DNA of 64,000 nt from Clostridia bacterium (lineage in GTDB: Bacteria; Bacillota; Clostridia; Oscillospirales; Acutalibacteraceae). This document shows positions 49,983 through 60,747 of the stretch, in pieces; positions within the stretch are counted from its first letter, which is position 1, and every line of letters begins with the position of its first letter. The position numbers and the translations under genes were made by a program. Below the pieces are notes generated by a model, which searched no databases, had not been told where the DNA came from, and saw only the letters and a list, made by a program, of their open reading frames with translations. Where the stretch lies: contig JAFQWC010000139.1 of the NCBI GenBank assembly GCA_017407665.1, positions 7,309 to 71,308 on the forward strand, given 5' to 3'.

Positions 49983-50011
49983 ATTATAGAACATCCGTTC
50001 TGTTCTGTCAA
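49983..50011 (-). promoter_or_regulatory. sigma-A promoter with LexA (SOS) box in spacer
   Basis: TTGACA-17-TATAAT on the minus strand; GAACATCCGTTC at 49989-50000; second box CGAATTTTTGTTCG at 49956-49969. Confidence 0.85.
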
Positions 50012-50154
50012 GAGGGAAATTCTCCCGCCGGCATTTCTGTGCACAAAGTGTAAACTTACTGTGAAAGAATGTGCCGCTTTCTTGAAAAAAACAGCCGCGG
50101 GCGTTATACTGAAACCAACGGAAAACCCAACCGGGGTTTGATTTTGAAATAAGG

Positions 50155-50565
50155 ATGTGCTTCATTTTGTTTCTGGAGAAACTGAGAAGATTTATGTACG
50201 GCCGCTACGGTTCGGATACGCTGAATTTCGCGCTGATGATCCTGGGTCTGATCGTCGCCCTCATCGCGTCGATCGCCGGGTTCTGGCCGATCAACCTCCT
50301 TTCCTACGCGCTGTACGGCTACGCCATTTTCCGGATGCTGTCCAAGAACATTCCGGCCCGGCAAAAAGAATATTACAGTTTTCTTAAGGTATGGACACCG
50401 ATCCAAAAATGGTTTAGAATAAAGAAAACAGCCTTTCAGCAGAGAAAGCAGTACAAATATTTCCGCTGCCCCAACTGTCACCAGAACCTGCGTGCACCGC
50501 GCGGGCGCGGGAAAATCCGGGTCACCTGCCAGCGCTGCCGGAAGGAATTCAATCAAAAAACCTGA
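50155..50565 (+). CDS. Membrane protein with C-terminal Zn ribbon
   Basis: FMYGRYG.D, 2 TM, CPNC..LRAPRGRGKI.VTC..C. Confidence 0.8.
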   Translation: MCFILFLEKLRRFMYGRYGSDTLNFALMILGLIVALIASIAGFWPINLLSYALYGYAIFRMLSKNIPARQKEYYSFLKVWTPIQKWFRIKKTAFQQRKQYKYFRCPNCHQNLRAPRGRGKIRVTCQRCRKEFNQKT

Positions 50566-50594
50566 TTCAAAAATAAAAGAGGAGTTGGAACAAC

Positions 50595-51560
50595 ATGAAA
50601 ACCGCAATCATCGGCACATGGCACGTACACACCGAAGAATACACCCGCGCCCTGCAGGAGAATCCGAAGGCGGAGCCCGTCATCGTATGGGACAGCGACT
50701 GCGCCCGCGGCAAGGCCTTTGCGGATAAAATGGGCCTGCCCTTCACAAGCGATCTCGATGCGGTTCTCGCGGATGAAACCATCGACAGCGTCATGGTCTG
50801 CTCCGCTACTTGCGATCATCCGGAGCTGCTCCTCAAGGCAGCAAACGCCGGCAAGCACATCTTCACCGAGAAGGTGCTCACCATCGGTGTGGAAGACGCC
50901 GAGGCCGTGGCTGCGGCCGTGAAGGCTTCCGGCAAGGTGTTCACCATCTCCTTCCCGCACCGCACCTTCCCCACCCTGCGTGCGGCAAAGGCACTCCTGG
51001 ACAGCGGCAAGCTGGGCCGCGTCACCTACGCCCGCGTGCGCAACGTGCACAACGGCAGCTCCGCAAACTGGCTCCCCCCGCATTTTTATGACAAGGCACA
51101 GTGCGGCGGCGGCGCGATGATGGACCTTGGCGCGCACCCGATGTACACCCTCAACTGGCTGCTCGGCGCACCGAAGACCATCACCTCCACCTTTACCAGC
51201 GTGACCGACCGCGGCGTGGAAGACAACGCCGTGTCCCTCATTGAGTTTGAAAACGGCGCCATCGGCGTTTCCGAGACCGGCTTTGTTTCCGAAGCCAACC
51301 CCTACACGCTGGAGATCAGCGGTACGGACGGTGCTGTGATGATCCACGGCGACTCCGCACAGTGGGGCGGCAAAGCCACCGGCGGCAAGTGGGAAGACCT
51401 CCCGCTGCCGGAAGCCATCGCGCTGCCCATCCACCAGTGGATCGACGCCGTTGTGGAAGGCACACCGGCCCCCTCCACCATCGAAGAAGCCGTGATGCTC
51501 ACCCGCCTGATGGACGGCGCCTACAAGGCAGCCGAAAGCGGCGTGAAGTTCGTATTCTGA
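50595..51560 (+). CDS. Gfo/Idh/MocA oxidoreductase
   Basis: GKHIFTEK, GGGAMMDLGAH. Confidence 0.9.
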   Translation: MKTAIIGTWHVHTEEYTRALQENPKAEPVIVWDSDCARGKAFADKMGLPFTSDLDAVLADETIDSVMVCSATCDHPELLLKAANAGKHIFTEKVLTIGVEDAEAVAAAVKASGKVFTISFPHRTFPTLRAAKALLDSGKLGRVTYARVRNVHNGSSANWLPPHFYDKAQCGGGAMMDLGAHPMYTLNWLLGAPKTITSTFTSVTDRGVEDNAVSLIEFENGAIGVSETGFVSEANPYTLEISGTDGAVMIHGDSAQWGGKATGGKWEDLPLPEAIALPIHQWIDAVVEGTPAPSTIEEAVMLTRLMDGAYKAAESGVKFVF

Positions 51561-51581
51561 TCCGCACCCGGAGGGATAACT

Positions 51582-52934
51582 TTGGATAAGGAAAACATAA
51601 CACCGCAGCCGCCGAAGCGGAATCTGCGCTCCTTTGTAAAGCCCGCCATTTTAGTGGCGGCCTTCACCATCATCATGGCCTATGCGTTCTTCCATTTCGG
51701 GGAGCTGCGCAAGGTCGGCGCAACCCTGCTGGATGCCGTGAACCCGTTCATCACCGGCCTGTTCATCGCGTACATCCTCAACGTATTCATGAATCTGTTC
51801 GAGCACGTGGTCTTCGGCCGGTGGTCGAACAGCCAAAACAAGATCTGGAATGCCGTGCGGCGCCCGCTGTGCGTGGTTCTGGCCTTTGCCGTGGTCATTC
51901 TGATCATTCTGGCCATCGTTCTGTACATCATTCCGGAGATCATTCAGTCGCTCGACCTCATCGTGCAGGCCGCGAAGGTCAACATCCCGATCTACGCCCA
52001 GACGCTGACCGTGTGGGTGACGGAGCTTTCCGAGATGCTGAATCTCGACCTGATGAGCGAGGTCTCCACGCTCCTCAAGAACTTCGACTGGACCGGTATG
52101 CTCACCGGCGCCACGGAAGTGACCACCAATTTCATCAATTCCCTGCTCAGCGCCACCGTCAATCTGGCGAGCGGCATCATTTCCACGCTGCTGGCGATCA
52201 TCTTCGCCGTGTATTTCCTGCTCGGCAAGGAGAGCCTGCTGCTTTCCATGAAGCGCCTTGCGTACTCCTTCCTGCCGAAGAAGACCGTGGCCACCGTGGC
52301 GGACCTCACCGTGACCGCGAACAACATCTTCTCCTCCTTTGTACGCGGACAGCTGACCGAGGCACTGATCCTCGGCTGCCTGTGCTTCATCGGGATGTCC
52401 ATCATCGGCTTCGATTACGCGCTGCTCATCTCCTGCATCATCGCGCTGACCGCGCTGGTGCCGATCCTCGGCGCGTACATCGGCATTGCCATCGGCGCAT
52501 TCCTCCTGCTGCTCGTGAATCCCATGGATGCGCTGATCTTCATCATCTTCCTCATCATCCTGCAGCAGTTTGAGGGCAACGTGATCTACCCCAAGGTGGT
52601 GGGTTCCACCATCGGCCTGCCGGGCGTGTGGGTGCTGGCCGCCGTTACGGTGTGCAGCAACCTGTTCGGCATTATGGGCGTACTGCTGGGCACCCCGCTG
52701 GCGGCGCTGCTGTATACGATCCTGCGCCGTGTCACCTCCAACCGCCTTCTGGAGAAGGGGCTCTCGAACGAGGACCTTGCCCCCGGCAAGTACCCGTATC
52801 TGGAGGATTCCCGCTACGCCAGCCGCACGAGCGGACGCCCCCTGAGCGCACACGTGCTGGAGCGCACCGCCCGCAGCAAGAGCAAGGATAAGGGCGAAAA
52901 AAAGCCGCTTTTCAAGATTAAGAAAAAGAAATAA
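51582..52934 (+). CDS. AI-2E family transporter
   Basis: FVRGQ, LVPILG, QQFEGNVIYPKVVG. Confidence 0.9.
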   Translation: MDKENITPQPPKRNLRSFVKPAILVAAFTIIMAYAFFHFGELRKVGATLLDAVNPFITGLFIAYILNVFMNLFEHVVFGRWSNSQNKIWNAVRRPLCVVLAFAVVILIILAIVLYIIPEIIQSLDLIVQAAKVNIPIYAQTLTVWVTELSEMLNLDLMSEVSTLLKNFDWTGMLTGATEVTTNFINSLLSATVNLASGIISTLLAIIFAVYFLLGKESLLLSMKRLAYSFLPKKTVATVADLTVTANNIFSSFVRGQLTEALILGCLCFIGMSIIGFDYALLISCIIALTALVPILGAYIGIAIGAFLLLLVNPMDALIFIIFLIILQQFEGNVIYPKVVGSTIGLPGVWVLAAVTVCSNLFGIMGVLLGTPLAALLYTILRRVTSNRLLEKGLSNEDLAPGKYPYLEDSRYASRTSGRPLSAHVLERTARSKSKDKGEKKPLFKIKKKK

Positions 52935-53056
52935 TCCATACAGAGAAACCCCGGAGGGAAGCATTTTCGGCCCTCCGGGGTGCTTGTTTTATGCGGCTTT
53001 TTACAAAAAAGAACCCCGGCGCAGCGGGTGCACCGGGGTAAAACCAGCTACGGAAA

Positions 53057-54187
53057 TTAAGCCTCGAACGCGATGGCCTTGCCGCTCTCGCTGCTCTCGA
53101 AGCAGGCCTCCATGATGCGCAGGACGCGCAGGGCGTGCTCCTGGGTGACGATCTGCTCGGCTTCGCCGTTGATGGTCTCCACGAAGTTGCGGTAGAGGGT
53201 GTTGCGGTCAAAGTCGAATCTGGGCAGGGTGAACTCTTCCACGGACTTGCCGCCGGAACGCGGAGCCATGGTCTTGGTGAGACCGGCGCCGGCCATGATC
53301 GGGGTGGCGTCCTTGTCGTCCCAGGAGACGAGGCGGGCCATCTTGCAGTCCTTACCCCAGCCTTCGATCATTGCGGAGCCCTGATCGCCGTAGACGCACC
53401 ACAGCGGCTCATTGACGAAGTGGCAGGTGCCGACTTCGAGGTTCACGGTGAGACCGCTCTCGAAGGTGAGGTGCAGCTGGAAGCCGTCGTCACACTCGGG
53501 ATTGGTGATGTAGGTGAAGTGGCAGAACAGGTTGGTGATCTTCTCCGGCACCATCTTCACGATGCGGTCGATGATGTGCACGCCCCAGTCGAGCATCATG
53601 CCGCCGCCAAACTCCTTCACGCCGCGCCAGTCGCCCGGGATACCGCGGCTGCCCATGATGCGGCACTTGATGTTGAAGAGGTTGCCGAGGAGCTTTTCGT
53701 CATAGATCTTCTTGACCATGAGGAAGTCCTCGTCCCACTCACGGTTCTGGCGGGGATAGAAGACCTTGCCGGTCTCCTTGGAGACTGCCATGACCTCCAG
53801 CAGTTCGGCACTGGACATCATGACCGGCTTCTCGCACAGCACGTGCTTGCCGGCACGCATGGCGGAAATGGCCATATCCTTGTGCAGGTGGTTCGGTGTA
53901 GCGATGAGGATGGCGTCCACGGTGGGGTCAGTCAGCATGGCGTCGTAGTTTTCAAACACGGAGATGCCGTGGTTTACAGCCCACTCGTTGCGGGCCGGGT
54001 TGATGTCATACACGCCGGCCAGCTCGAGGAAATCCGGCAGGTTGGAGGTCATCTCACCCGGGAACGGCGGGACGTAGTCGATCTGGGTGCTCCAGATGGT
54101 GTTGCCGGTGCCGCTGTGGATGCCCATGGCATGGCCGCTGCCCATACCGCCGACACCGATGATGCCGATGCGAATTTTCTTGCTCAT
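53057..54187 (-). CDS. Gfo/Idh/MocA oxidoreductase
   Basis: GIIGVGGMG, GKHVLCEKP, GGGMMLDWGVH. Confidence 0.9.
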   Translation of the reverse strand: MSKKIRIGIIGVGGMGSGHAMGIHSGTGNTIWSTQIDYVPPFPGEMTSNLPDFLELAGVYDINPARNEWAVNHGISVFENYDAMLTDPTVDAILIATPNHLHKDMAISAMRAGKHVLCEKPVMMSSAELLEVMAVSKETGKVFYPRQNREWDEDFLMVKKIYDEKLLGNLFNIKCRIMGSRGIPGDWRGVKEFGGGMMLDWGVHIIDRIVKMVPEKITNLFCHFTYITNPECDDGFQLHLTFESGLTVNLEVGTCHFVNEPLWCVYGDQGSAMIEGWGKDCKMARLVSWDDKDATPIMAGAGLTKTMAPRSGGKSVEEFTLPRFDFDRNTLYRNFVETINGEAEQIVTQEHALRVLRIMEACFESSESGKAIAFEA

Positions 54188-54417
54188 TTTCTTCTTCCTT
54201 TCAATTCGATCTGAAATAAAACACATACCCCAAAAGGGCGGCCGAACCGCACGATCGGTTCTGATGCAGGCCGTTCACCGCGACAAACACAAATCGCGCA
54301 CCTGCACCCCAAACCGGGCGGGTCATAGCCTTTCAGTTTACATTATACAGAAACCCCGGAGAAATTCAAGCGTTTTCCTGAATTTCTTTCCGGGGTTGTG
54401 GATTCACGCCGACAAAC

Positions 54418-55065
54418 TTATCCGTTCACGTCCAAATGAGTCCACCCATCCAATCTGTCCGAAACAGAGATGGGCAAAAGCACGATTTTCTTCTGCTTCT
54501 CCAATAAAGAACATATAAACTGCAGATGTACGGAATAATATTGCATCTGCCGCGCACTCAGCCACGGGAAGCAGAAAACTTCCTTTCCGGCAGCAAATTC
54601 GATGGCTGCACGAGCACGAAAGAACTCGTTGCCTGTCTGAGCGAGGGGCCGGTGCCGGCGCTGTTCGTCCAATTCAAACAAACGGATCACGTCCTCCGCA
54701 GTCCACGGAGAGCCGGCCTTTCGCAAGCGGCTTTGAATCAGTTGCGCCACAGTTTTTCTTCTATCCCACAGAGACAGGCCAATTTCTCTATCCAAATAGC
54801 CAACCTTCGGAGAAAATTGGGCAAAAGAAAACATATGGCCGTTATATTCAATTTCCGCTTCTTCATCCAGCAAAATTTCTTTATCCGTGCCGCTCATGGC
54901 CAGCGCATAGCAGAGCGCCCAACCGCCTGCGTCCGGGTCGCCGCGCAGCACGGAAACGCCGGTCCGGAATGTTCCCGAAAACGACTGCAGCACTGCATGG
55001 TATGAACCGAAGGAGGACTTCGGATGAACAAAGCCGCTCGCGTTGAATATCCTTAATACGTTCAC
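54418..55065 (-). CDS. Hypothetical protein, degenerate ABC-ATPase-like
   Basis: GTG after GGGAGA. Segment order mirrors an ABC NBD but the Walker A, signature and Walker B motifs are lost. Confidence 0.55.
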   Translation of the reverse strand: MNVLRIFNASGFVHPKSSFGSYHAVLQSFSGTFRTGVSVLRGDPDAGGWALCYALAMSGTDKEILLDEEAEIEYNGHMFSFAQFSPKVGYLDREIGLSLWDRRKTVAQLIQSRLRKAGSPWTAEDVIRLFELDEQRRHRPLAQTGNEFFRARAAIEFAAGKEVFCFPWLSARQMQYYSVHLQFICSLLEKQKKIVLLPISVSDRLDGWTHLDVNG

Positions 55066-55088
55066 GAAAATATCTCCCAGAACTTGGT

Positions 55089-56288
55089 TTATTCGATCAG
55101 GCCGAGGTCGAGCTTCCAGCGGAGGATGCGCCGCACGCTTTCGTCGATGCGGCTTTCGGCGATGGTGCCGTCCTGCACGGCAGCGAGCACTGCGTCGTAC
55201 TGGCTTTGGAACGCGCTGCAGCAGAGCATATCGTTGCCGGCAAGGACCGCCGTGACGGCGGCGGAGGCGCCGTCGGTATAGTCCTGAATGGCGCCCATGG
55301 CGAGGTCATCCGTGATGATGACGCCGTCGAAGCCGAGCTCGTCCCGAAGGAGATCGTGCCACGCGGGGGAAAGCGACGCGGGCACTTGAGCATCCACGCA
55401 GGTGACGATGTTGTGCGCCACCAAAACACAGCCCGCACCGGCCTCGATGCCCGTAGAAAACGGCAGGAAATCGGCCGTGCGGAAGGTTTCGATCGGGCGT
55501 TCGTCATACGCGATGCCGTGGTGGGTATCCGCGGCGTTGCCGTAGCCGGGGAAGTGCTTGAGCACGCAGCCCACGCGGCGGCTGCGGTACACGAGCACCA
55601 TCTCGCCGATCACGTCGGCGGTGTCCTCCGGGGAGAGACCCAGCGAGCGGGCATACATAAAGCCGTCCGTGGTGATGTCGCACACGGGAGCGAAATTGAC
55701 GTTGATGCCGAGGCTTTTCAGGCGGTCGCATTTATCGGCCTCCACGCTGCAGACGAGTTCCGTGCCGCCCGAGGCGTGGAGCTTTCTCGGGGACCAGTAC
55801 GGCTCGTCCGTGAGCTGCGGGTTCGAGCTGACGCGCACAACCGTGCCGCCTTCTTCATCCGCGCCGATGAGGAGGCCGTATTTGGCCGCGGCCTGCATGG
55901 CGGCGGTCTTCTCCTGCACCTCGGTTTCGGAAAGGCCGGAGAGATCGCGCCCAAAGAGCAGGATACCGCCGGGCTGGCGGGTCCCGACGTATTCGGCGGT
56001 ACCGGTCTCCGGGCAGCGCACAAAGAACATCTGCGCCACCTTTTCTTCGAGCGTCATCTGGGACAGCAGCACGTCCTCCGGCGCCGGGGTGGGCGCGGGG
56101 GTCTCGGTGGGTACCGGGGTTTCGCGCGGCGGTTTTGTGGGCTGCGGGGTAGAATCAGGCCGGGCCACAGCGGCCGGGCGGCCCTGCGGGTCCGTCTGCG
56201 GGACGGGCGGATCCTCCGCCGTTTTGCAGCCGCACAGGACGAGGCACAGCACGAGTGTGCACAGGAAAATGTTACGCAAGGTTTTCAT
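55089..56288 (-). CDS. GH3 beta-N-acetylhexosaminidase (NagZ-like) lipoprotein
   Basis: Lipobox LCGC, DEEGG.V.R, KHFPGYG..DTH, ITDDL.M. Confidence 0.9.
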   Translation of the reverse strand: MKTLRNIFLCTLVLCLVLCGCKTAEDPPVPQTDPQGRPAAVARPDSTPQPTKPPRETPVPTETPAPTPAPEDVLLSQMTLEEKVAQMFFVRCPETGTAEYVGTRQPGGILLFGRDLSGLSETEVQEKTAAMQAAAKYGLLIGADEEGGTVVRVSSNPQLTDEPYWSPRKLHASGGTELVCSVEADKCDRLKSLGINVNFAPVCDITTDGFMYARSLGLSPEDTADVIGEMVLVYRSRRVGCVLKHFPGYGNAADTHHGIAYDERPIETFRTADFLPFSTGIEAGAGCVLVAHNIVTCVDAQVPASLSPAWHDLLRDELGFDGVIITDDLAMGAIQDYTDGASAAVTAVLAGNDMLCCSAFQSQYDAVLAAVQDGTIAESRIDESVRRILRWKLDLGLIE

Positions 56289-57132
56289 AATAGTCCTTCA
56301 GAATCTTTTTGAGGTACAGGGCGGAGCGCTCCATATCGCGCAGCTGATGGGCGGAACCGAAATGCTCGGCGGCGACGACGCCGGTGTAGCCGGTTTGGAG
56401 GATCGTCGTCAGCATCCCCTTGATGTCGAGGTCACCGTCACCGACGGCCACGGGGTACATGGGGCGGTCGTGGATCGTGATCTTCGGCTCGCCGTCGTTC
56501 TTCGTCCAGCCGCGGTCCTTGCAGTGGATGCCGGAAATGTACGGAAGGAACTGGGGCAGCACGGCTGCGGCGTCTTCCTCGCTGTACTGGAAATTGCCGG
56601 TATCAAAGCCGCAGCGCAGGCCGGGCACGTTTTCGAGGAACCACAGAAGCTCGTCTGCGGTGGAGAACGGGGCAGTGACGCCGTCAAAGTCCTCCATCAC
56701 AACACCGACGCCCTGCTCGGCGGCAAGCTCCACCATGCGGGCGGTGGCTTTTGCCATGCGGGCGCGGCGGGTGCGGTAGGCGGCGCTTTCGCGGTCGAGC
56801 TCGTCCTCGGTGAGGAACCCGCAGACGACGAGCAGCGTCTTGCATTCGGCGGGGGCGCACAGGGAAAGCACGCGCCGGATCTCTGCCTCGTCGGCGATCA
56901 TGTGGTCTTCGGTGCGGCCGAAGCTGTAGAAATAATAGATGGTGTTCACGGCGAGGCCGGTCTTTTTTAAGAGCGGCAGGATCGTGTCGCCCTCGTCCCA
57001 GAGGCGCTTGGCGTCGATCTCCACGGCGTCATAGCCGAAGCCCTTCACCTTTTCGCAGACTTCCTCCAGCGTGAGGCCGCTCTGCACGGCTGCCTCGGCG
57101 ATATGTTCGTAGAAAATGGAAATACGATTCAT
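56272..57132 (-). CDS. Sugar phosphate isomerase/epimerase (TIM barrel)
   Basis: MEDF, FDTGN, HCKD, VGDG, AEH. Confidence 0.82.
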   Translation of the reverse strand: MNRISIFYEHIAEAAVQSGLTLEEVCEKVKGFGYDAVEIDAKRLWDEGDTILPLLKKTGLAVNTIYYFYSFGRTEDHMIADEAEIRRVLSLCAPAECKTLLVVCGFLTEDELDRESAAYRTRRARMAKATARMVELAAEQGVGVVMEDFDGVTAPFSTADELLWFLENVPGLRCGFDTGNFQYSEEDAAAVLPQFLPYISGIHCKDRGWTKNDGEPKITIHDRPMYPVAVGDGDLDIKGMLTTILQTGYTGVVAAEHFGSAHQLRDMERSALYLKKILKDYYENLA

Positions 57133-57290
57133 ACAAAACTCCTTCTCCGGGCTTGCCCCGGGTTTTCTCCCTTTCAGTATACCAACCGCGCGGCGCAAAG
57201 TAAAGAGCAGAAAAAATTCTGTGCGCCGCAGGAAGTGACAAAATACAGATTTGTCCCACGGGTATACTGGGAGAGAAAGGAGGCTTCCCA

Positions 57291-58130
57291 TTGACCGTCT
57301 ACGCGGATATCCTGTTCCTTGTGAACCTCTACATCGATGCCCTGCTTTTAAGCGCGGTGCGGCGCTTTCTGCGCCTGCCGCTTTCCCGGTGGCGCTGGCT
57401 GCTGGCTTCTGCCCTGGGCGGGGCATTCGGGCTTTTCGCGCTTTTGCCGCGGCTTCGCGGCCTTGCGCTCCTGCTGCTGTGTGTGGGGCAGGCGGCGGCG
57501 CTCGTCACGGCGGCGTTTTACCCGCAGCGCCCGGGCGTGCTGCTTCGGGGGACAGTCCTCCTCTTTCTCTTCGGCGCGGCGCTTTCCGGGCTGTTGACCC
57601 TCTTCTCGCGCTTTGTACCGATGCGCGGGATGCTGCTTTTAAACGGCACGGTGTATTTTGACCTCTCCCCGCTGTGGCTGGTCCTTTGCACGTGCCTCTC
57701 CTACGGCGTGCTGTGGGCGTTTCATCGCCTGTTCCGCCAGCGGGGGAACCCTGTATTCTGCCGCACCGTCACGCTGGTGCACGGCGGCAAGACCGTCTCC
57801 CTCACGGCGAAGGTGGACACCGGCCTCTCGCTGACGGAGCCGTTCTCCGGGGAGGCGGTGTGGATCGTGGAAAAGCGGGCGCTTTCTGCCCTTTTGCCTG
57901 CGGGCTTCGGCACGGCGGAGAGCCCCATCCCGTTTCGCCCGGTGCCGTATTCTTCCATCGGCGGCACGGGGATCCTGCCCGCGTTTCGGCCCGAGGCCCT
58001 CACGCTGGACGGCGCACCGGTCTCCGCATGGGTGGCCGTTCTGGATCGGCCGCTTTCTGCCGGGGGATTCCAGATGCTCATCGGCGCGGATGCGCTGCAA
58101 CAAAATCAGAACGGAGTGAACTGCCCATGA
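57291..58130 (+). CDS. spoIIGA: Pro-sigma-E processing peptidase
   Basis: [10 protein letters not shown], TMs, [16 protein letters not shown]; TTG after AAGGAGG. Confidence 0.92.
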   Translation: MTVYADILFLVNLYIDALLLSAVRRFLRLPLSRWRWLLASALGGAFGLFALLPRLRGLALLLLCVGQAAALVTAAFYPQRPGVLLRGTVLLFLFGAALSGLLTLFSRFVPMRGMLLLNGTVYFDLSPLWLVLCTCLSYGVLWAFHRLFRQRGNPVFCRTVTLVHGGKTVSLTAKVDTGLSLTEPFSGEAVWIVEKRALSALLPAGFGTAESPIPFRPVPYSSIGGTGILPAFRPEALTLDGAPVSAWVAVLDRPLSAGGFQMLIGADALQQNQNGVNCP

Positions 58131-58849
58131 CTTTCCGTACTTCTGCTTTGCAGCAGACCAAGCTGTGGTTCGCGCGGCTGCTGCTTTTTCTCAATGACGA
58201 CGTCTGCCACTACATAAACGGCCCGGATACCCTGCCCCCGCCGCTCACGCGGGAGGAGGAACAGCGTGTATTCCGCGCCATAGAAGCCGGGGAGCCCGGC
58301 GCGCGGGACCCGCTCATCACGCACAATCTGCGGCTTGTGGTGTACATCGCGAAGAAATTTGAATCGCCCGGGGCCGGGCAGGAGGACCTCATCTCCATCG
58401 GCACGATCGGGCTCATCAAGGCCGTGAATACCTTCCGGGTGGAGAAGAACATCAAGCTCGCGACGTACGCCTCGCGCTGCATCGAAAACGAGATCCTCAT
58501 GTTCCTGAGAAAGAGCGCCCAGCTCAAGAACGAGATCTCGCTCGATGACCCGCTCCACGCCGACCCGGACGGCAACGAGCTCTCGCTCTCCGATCTCCTC
58601 GGCAGCGACCCGGACCTCATTCACCGTGATCTGGAGCAGGAGGCCGAAAAGCAGATGCTCCTTCAGGCTGTGGACCGCCTGCAGCCGCGCGAAAAGCAGA
58701 TCATGGAGCTGCGCTTCGGGCTGCGCGGCCAGAAGGAACACACGCAGAAGGAAGCCGCCGACCGGCTGGGCATCTCGCAGTCGTACATCTCGCGGCTCGA
58801 AAAACGGATCCTCAAGCGCCTGCGCACCGAGCTGGAAAAGACGGCCTAG
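58127..58849 (+). CDS. sigE: Sporulation sigma factor E
   Basis: [52 protein letters not shown]; ATGA overlap with spoIIGA. Confidence 0.95.
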   Translation: MTFRTSALQQTKLWFARLLLFLNDDVCHYINGPDTLPPPLTREEEQRVFRAIEAGEPGARDPLITHNLRLVVYIAKKFESPGAGQEDLISIGTIGLIKAVNTFRVEKNIKLATYASRCIENEILMFLRKSAQLKNEISLDDPLHADPDGNELSLSDLLGSDPDLIHRDLEQEAEKQMLLQAVDRLQPREKQIMELRFGLRGQKEHTQKEAADRLGISQSYISRLEKRILKRLRTELEKTA

Positions 58850-58895
58850 CGGTACTCGGCGTACGGCCACGTCGCGGAATCGTTGGCCCCAGCCA

Positions 58896-58967
58896 ACTTC
58901 GCCGCAGTAAAAAATACACCCGCAGGGCGCGGACGGAAGACACTGCCGGTCCGTACGACGGACAGCG
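58896..58967 (+). repeat. 72-bp dispersed repeat (MITE/REP-like), copy A
   Basis: 62/72 identical to the reverse complement of 60676-60747; partial third copy at 59039-59068. Confidence 0.85.
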
Positions 58968-59185
58968 TGCGTCCGCGGGGTCGCACGTTTGGACGTGCTC
59001 GACAGCGAAGGAAACACACGCACAGGTCGCGTTCTTAAAGATACTCCCGGTCCGTGCGACGGACAGCGGCGTCCCTGCATCTCTTCACTCTTCACGATTC
59101 CTTATTCCTGCACAAAGTCATTGCGCAGGCGAGGGCTTTGTGCTATGATATTCCCAGAATACTTTTGGGAAAAGGGATGTACATT

Positions 59186-60478
59186 ATGGTTCAGGAAATC
59201 AACAAAAAGCTTTTCAATTTCATCGATCACAGCCCCAGCGGCTTCCACGCCGTAGAAAACCTCTGCGCCATGCTGGAAGACGCCGGCGCAGAGCGCCTCA
59301 GTGAAAACCGCCCGTGGAACCTCACCCCCGGCAAGCGGTATTTCGTCACGCGCAACGGCTCCTCCGTGCTGGCGTTCATGGTGCCGCAGGACTACACCGG
59401 TATGCTCCTCGTCTCCGCCCACAGCGATTCCCCCACCTTCCGCGTCAAAACCGGCGGGGAGATCACCGTGGAGAAGCGCTACAAGAAGCTCAACACCGAG
59501 GGCTACGGCGGCATGATCCTCTCCACGTGGTTCGACCGCCCGCTGTCCCTCGCCGGCCGCGCCGTGGTGCGCACCGAAAACGGCGTGGAGACAAGGCTCG
59601 TACACATCGACCGCGACCTGCTCGTCATCCCGAGCCTCGCGATCCATATGTCCCGCGGGATGGACCAGAAGCTGAACCCGCAGGTGGACCTGCTGCCGCT
59701 CTTCGGCAGTGCGGACACCGATTACAAGGCCCTCATCGCCGAGGCCGCCGGCGCCGAAAAAGAAGACCTGCTGCAGAGCGACGTGTTCCTCTATCCCCGC
59801 CAGCAGTGCACCGTGACCGGTGCGGCGGAGGAGTTCATTCTCGCCCCGCGTCTCGATGACCTGCAGTGTGCCTTTGCCGGCATGGAGGCGTTCCTCCGGG
59901 CCGAGAACCCGAAGAAGCTCACCCTCTGCGCCGTGTTCGACAACGAGGAGGTCGGCTCCCGCACCAAGCAGGGCGCGGATTCCACGTTCCTCACCGATAC
60001 CGTGCACCGCATCATGGATGCCCTCTCTATTCCGGAAACCACATGGCTGCAGCACATGGCGGACAGCTTCATGCTCTCTGCCGACAACGCCCACGCCGTG
60101 CACCCGAACTACGCCGGCAAGTGCGATGAAACCAACCGCTGCTACCTCAACGGCGGCATCGTCATTAAGTTCAGCGCCAACCAGCGCTACACCACCGACG
60201 CCGTCTCCGCCTCCGTCTTTGCGGAGATCTGCCGCCGCGCCGATGTGCCGGTGATGTACTTCCACAACCGCTCCGATATGCCGGGCGGCTCCACCCTGGG
60301 CAACATCGCGAACGCCCACCTCTCCCTCAACACGGTGGATATCGGCATCCCGCAGCTCGCCATGCACTCCGCCGTGGAGACCGCCGGTGCACAGGACACC
60401 GCCCACATGGTGAACGCCATGACCGCCTTCTTCAACACCAACCTGCAGATGACCGAGGACGGAGCGTATACATTCTAA
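59186..60478 (+). CDS. M18 aminopeptidase
   Basis: AHSDSP, RLDDL, FDNEEVGS, ADNAHAVHPN, GGSTLG, LAMHS. Confidence 0.93.
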   Translation: MVQEINKKLFNFIDHSPSGFHAVENLCAMLEDAGAERLSENRPWNLTPGKRYFVTRNGSSVLAFMVPQDYTGMLLVSAHSDSPTFRVKTGGEITVEKRYKKLNTEGYGGMILSTWFDRPLSLAGRAVVRTENGVETRLVHIDRDLLVIPSLAIHMSRGMDQKLNPQVDLLPLFGSADTDYKALIAEAAGAEKEDLLQSDVFLYPRQQCTVTGAAEEFILAPRLDDLQCAFAGMEAFLRAENPKKLTLCAVFDNEEVGSRTKQGADSTFLTDTVHRIMDALSIPETTWLQHMADSFMLSADNAHAVHPNYAGKCDETNRCYLNGGIVIKFSANQRYTTDAVSASVFAEICRRADVPVMYFHNRSDMPGGSTLGNIANAHLSLNTVDIGIPQLAMHSAVETAGAQDTAHMVNAMTAFFNTNLQMTEDGAYTF

Positions 60479-60594
60479 AGGAATAGGTAAGAGTGAATAG
60501 TGAAGAGGTGCAGCGGTGTTCTCCGAACGCGAATATAATTGCGCACGCAGTGCGCGTCCGAACCTATTCCCTTTTCACTATTACTTATTACTTC

Positions 60595-60639
60595 AAAAAA
60601 AACAAGGGCAGCGGATCACTCCGTTGCCCTTGTTTTTTT
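60595..60639. terminator. Bidirectional terminator
   Basis: A-run-CAAGGGCAGCGGA-tcac-TCCGTTGCCCTTG-T-run. Confidence 0.8.
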
Positions 60640-60675
60640 CTATTCTGTTTTCACTGGGAGTATCCCGGCAGCGTT

Positions 60676-60747
60676 CGCTGTCCGTCGTACGGACCGGGAG
60701 TGTCTTCCGTCCGCGTTGGCTCGGTGTATTTCCTACTGCGGCGAAGT
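60676..60747 (-). repeat. 72-bp dispersed repeat, copy B
   Basis: Inverted copy of 58896-58967. Confidence 0.85.
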
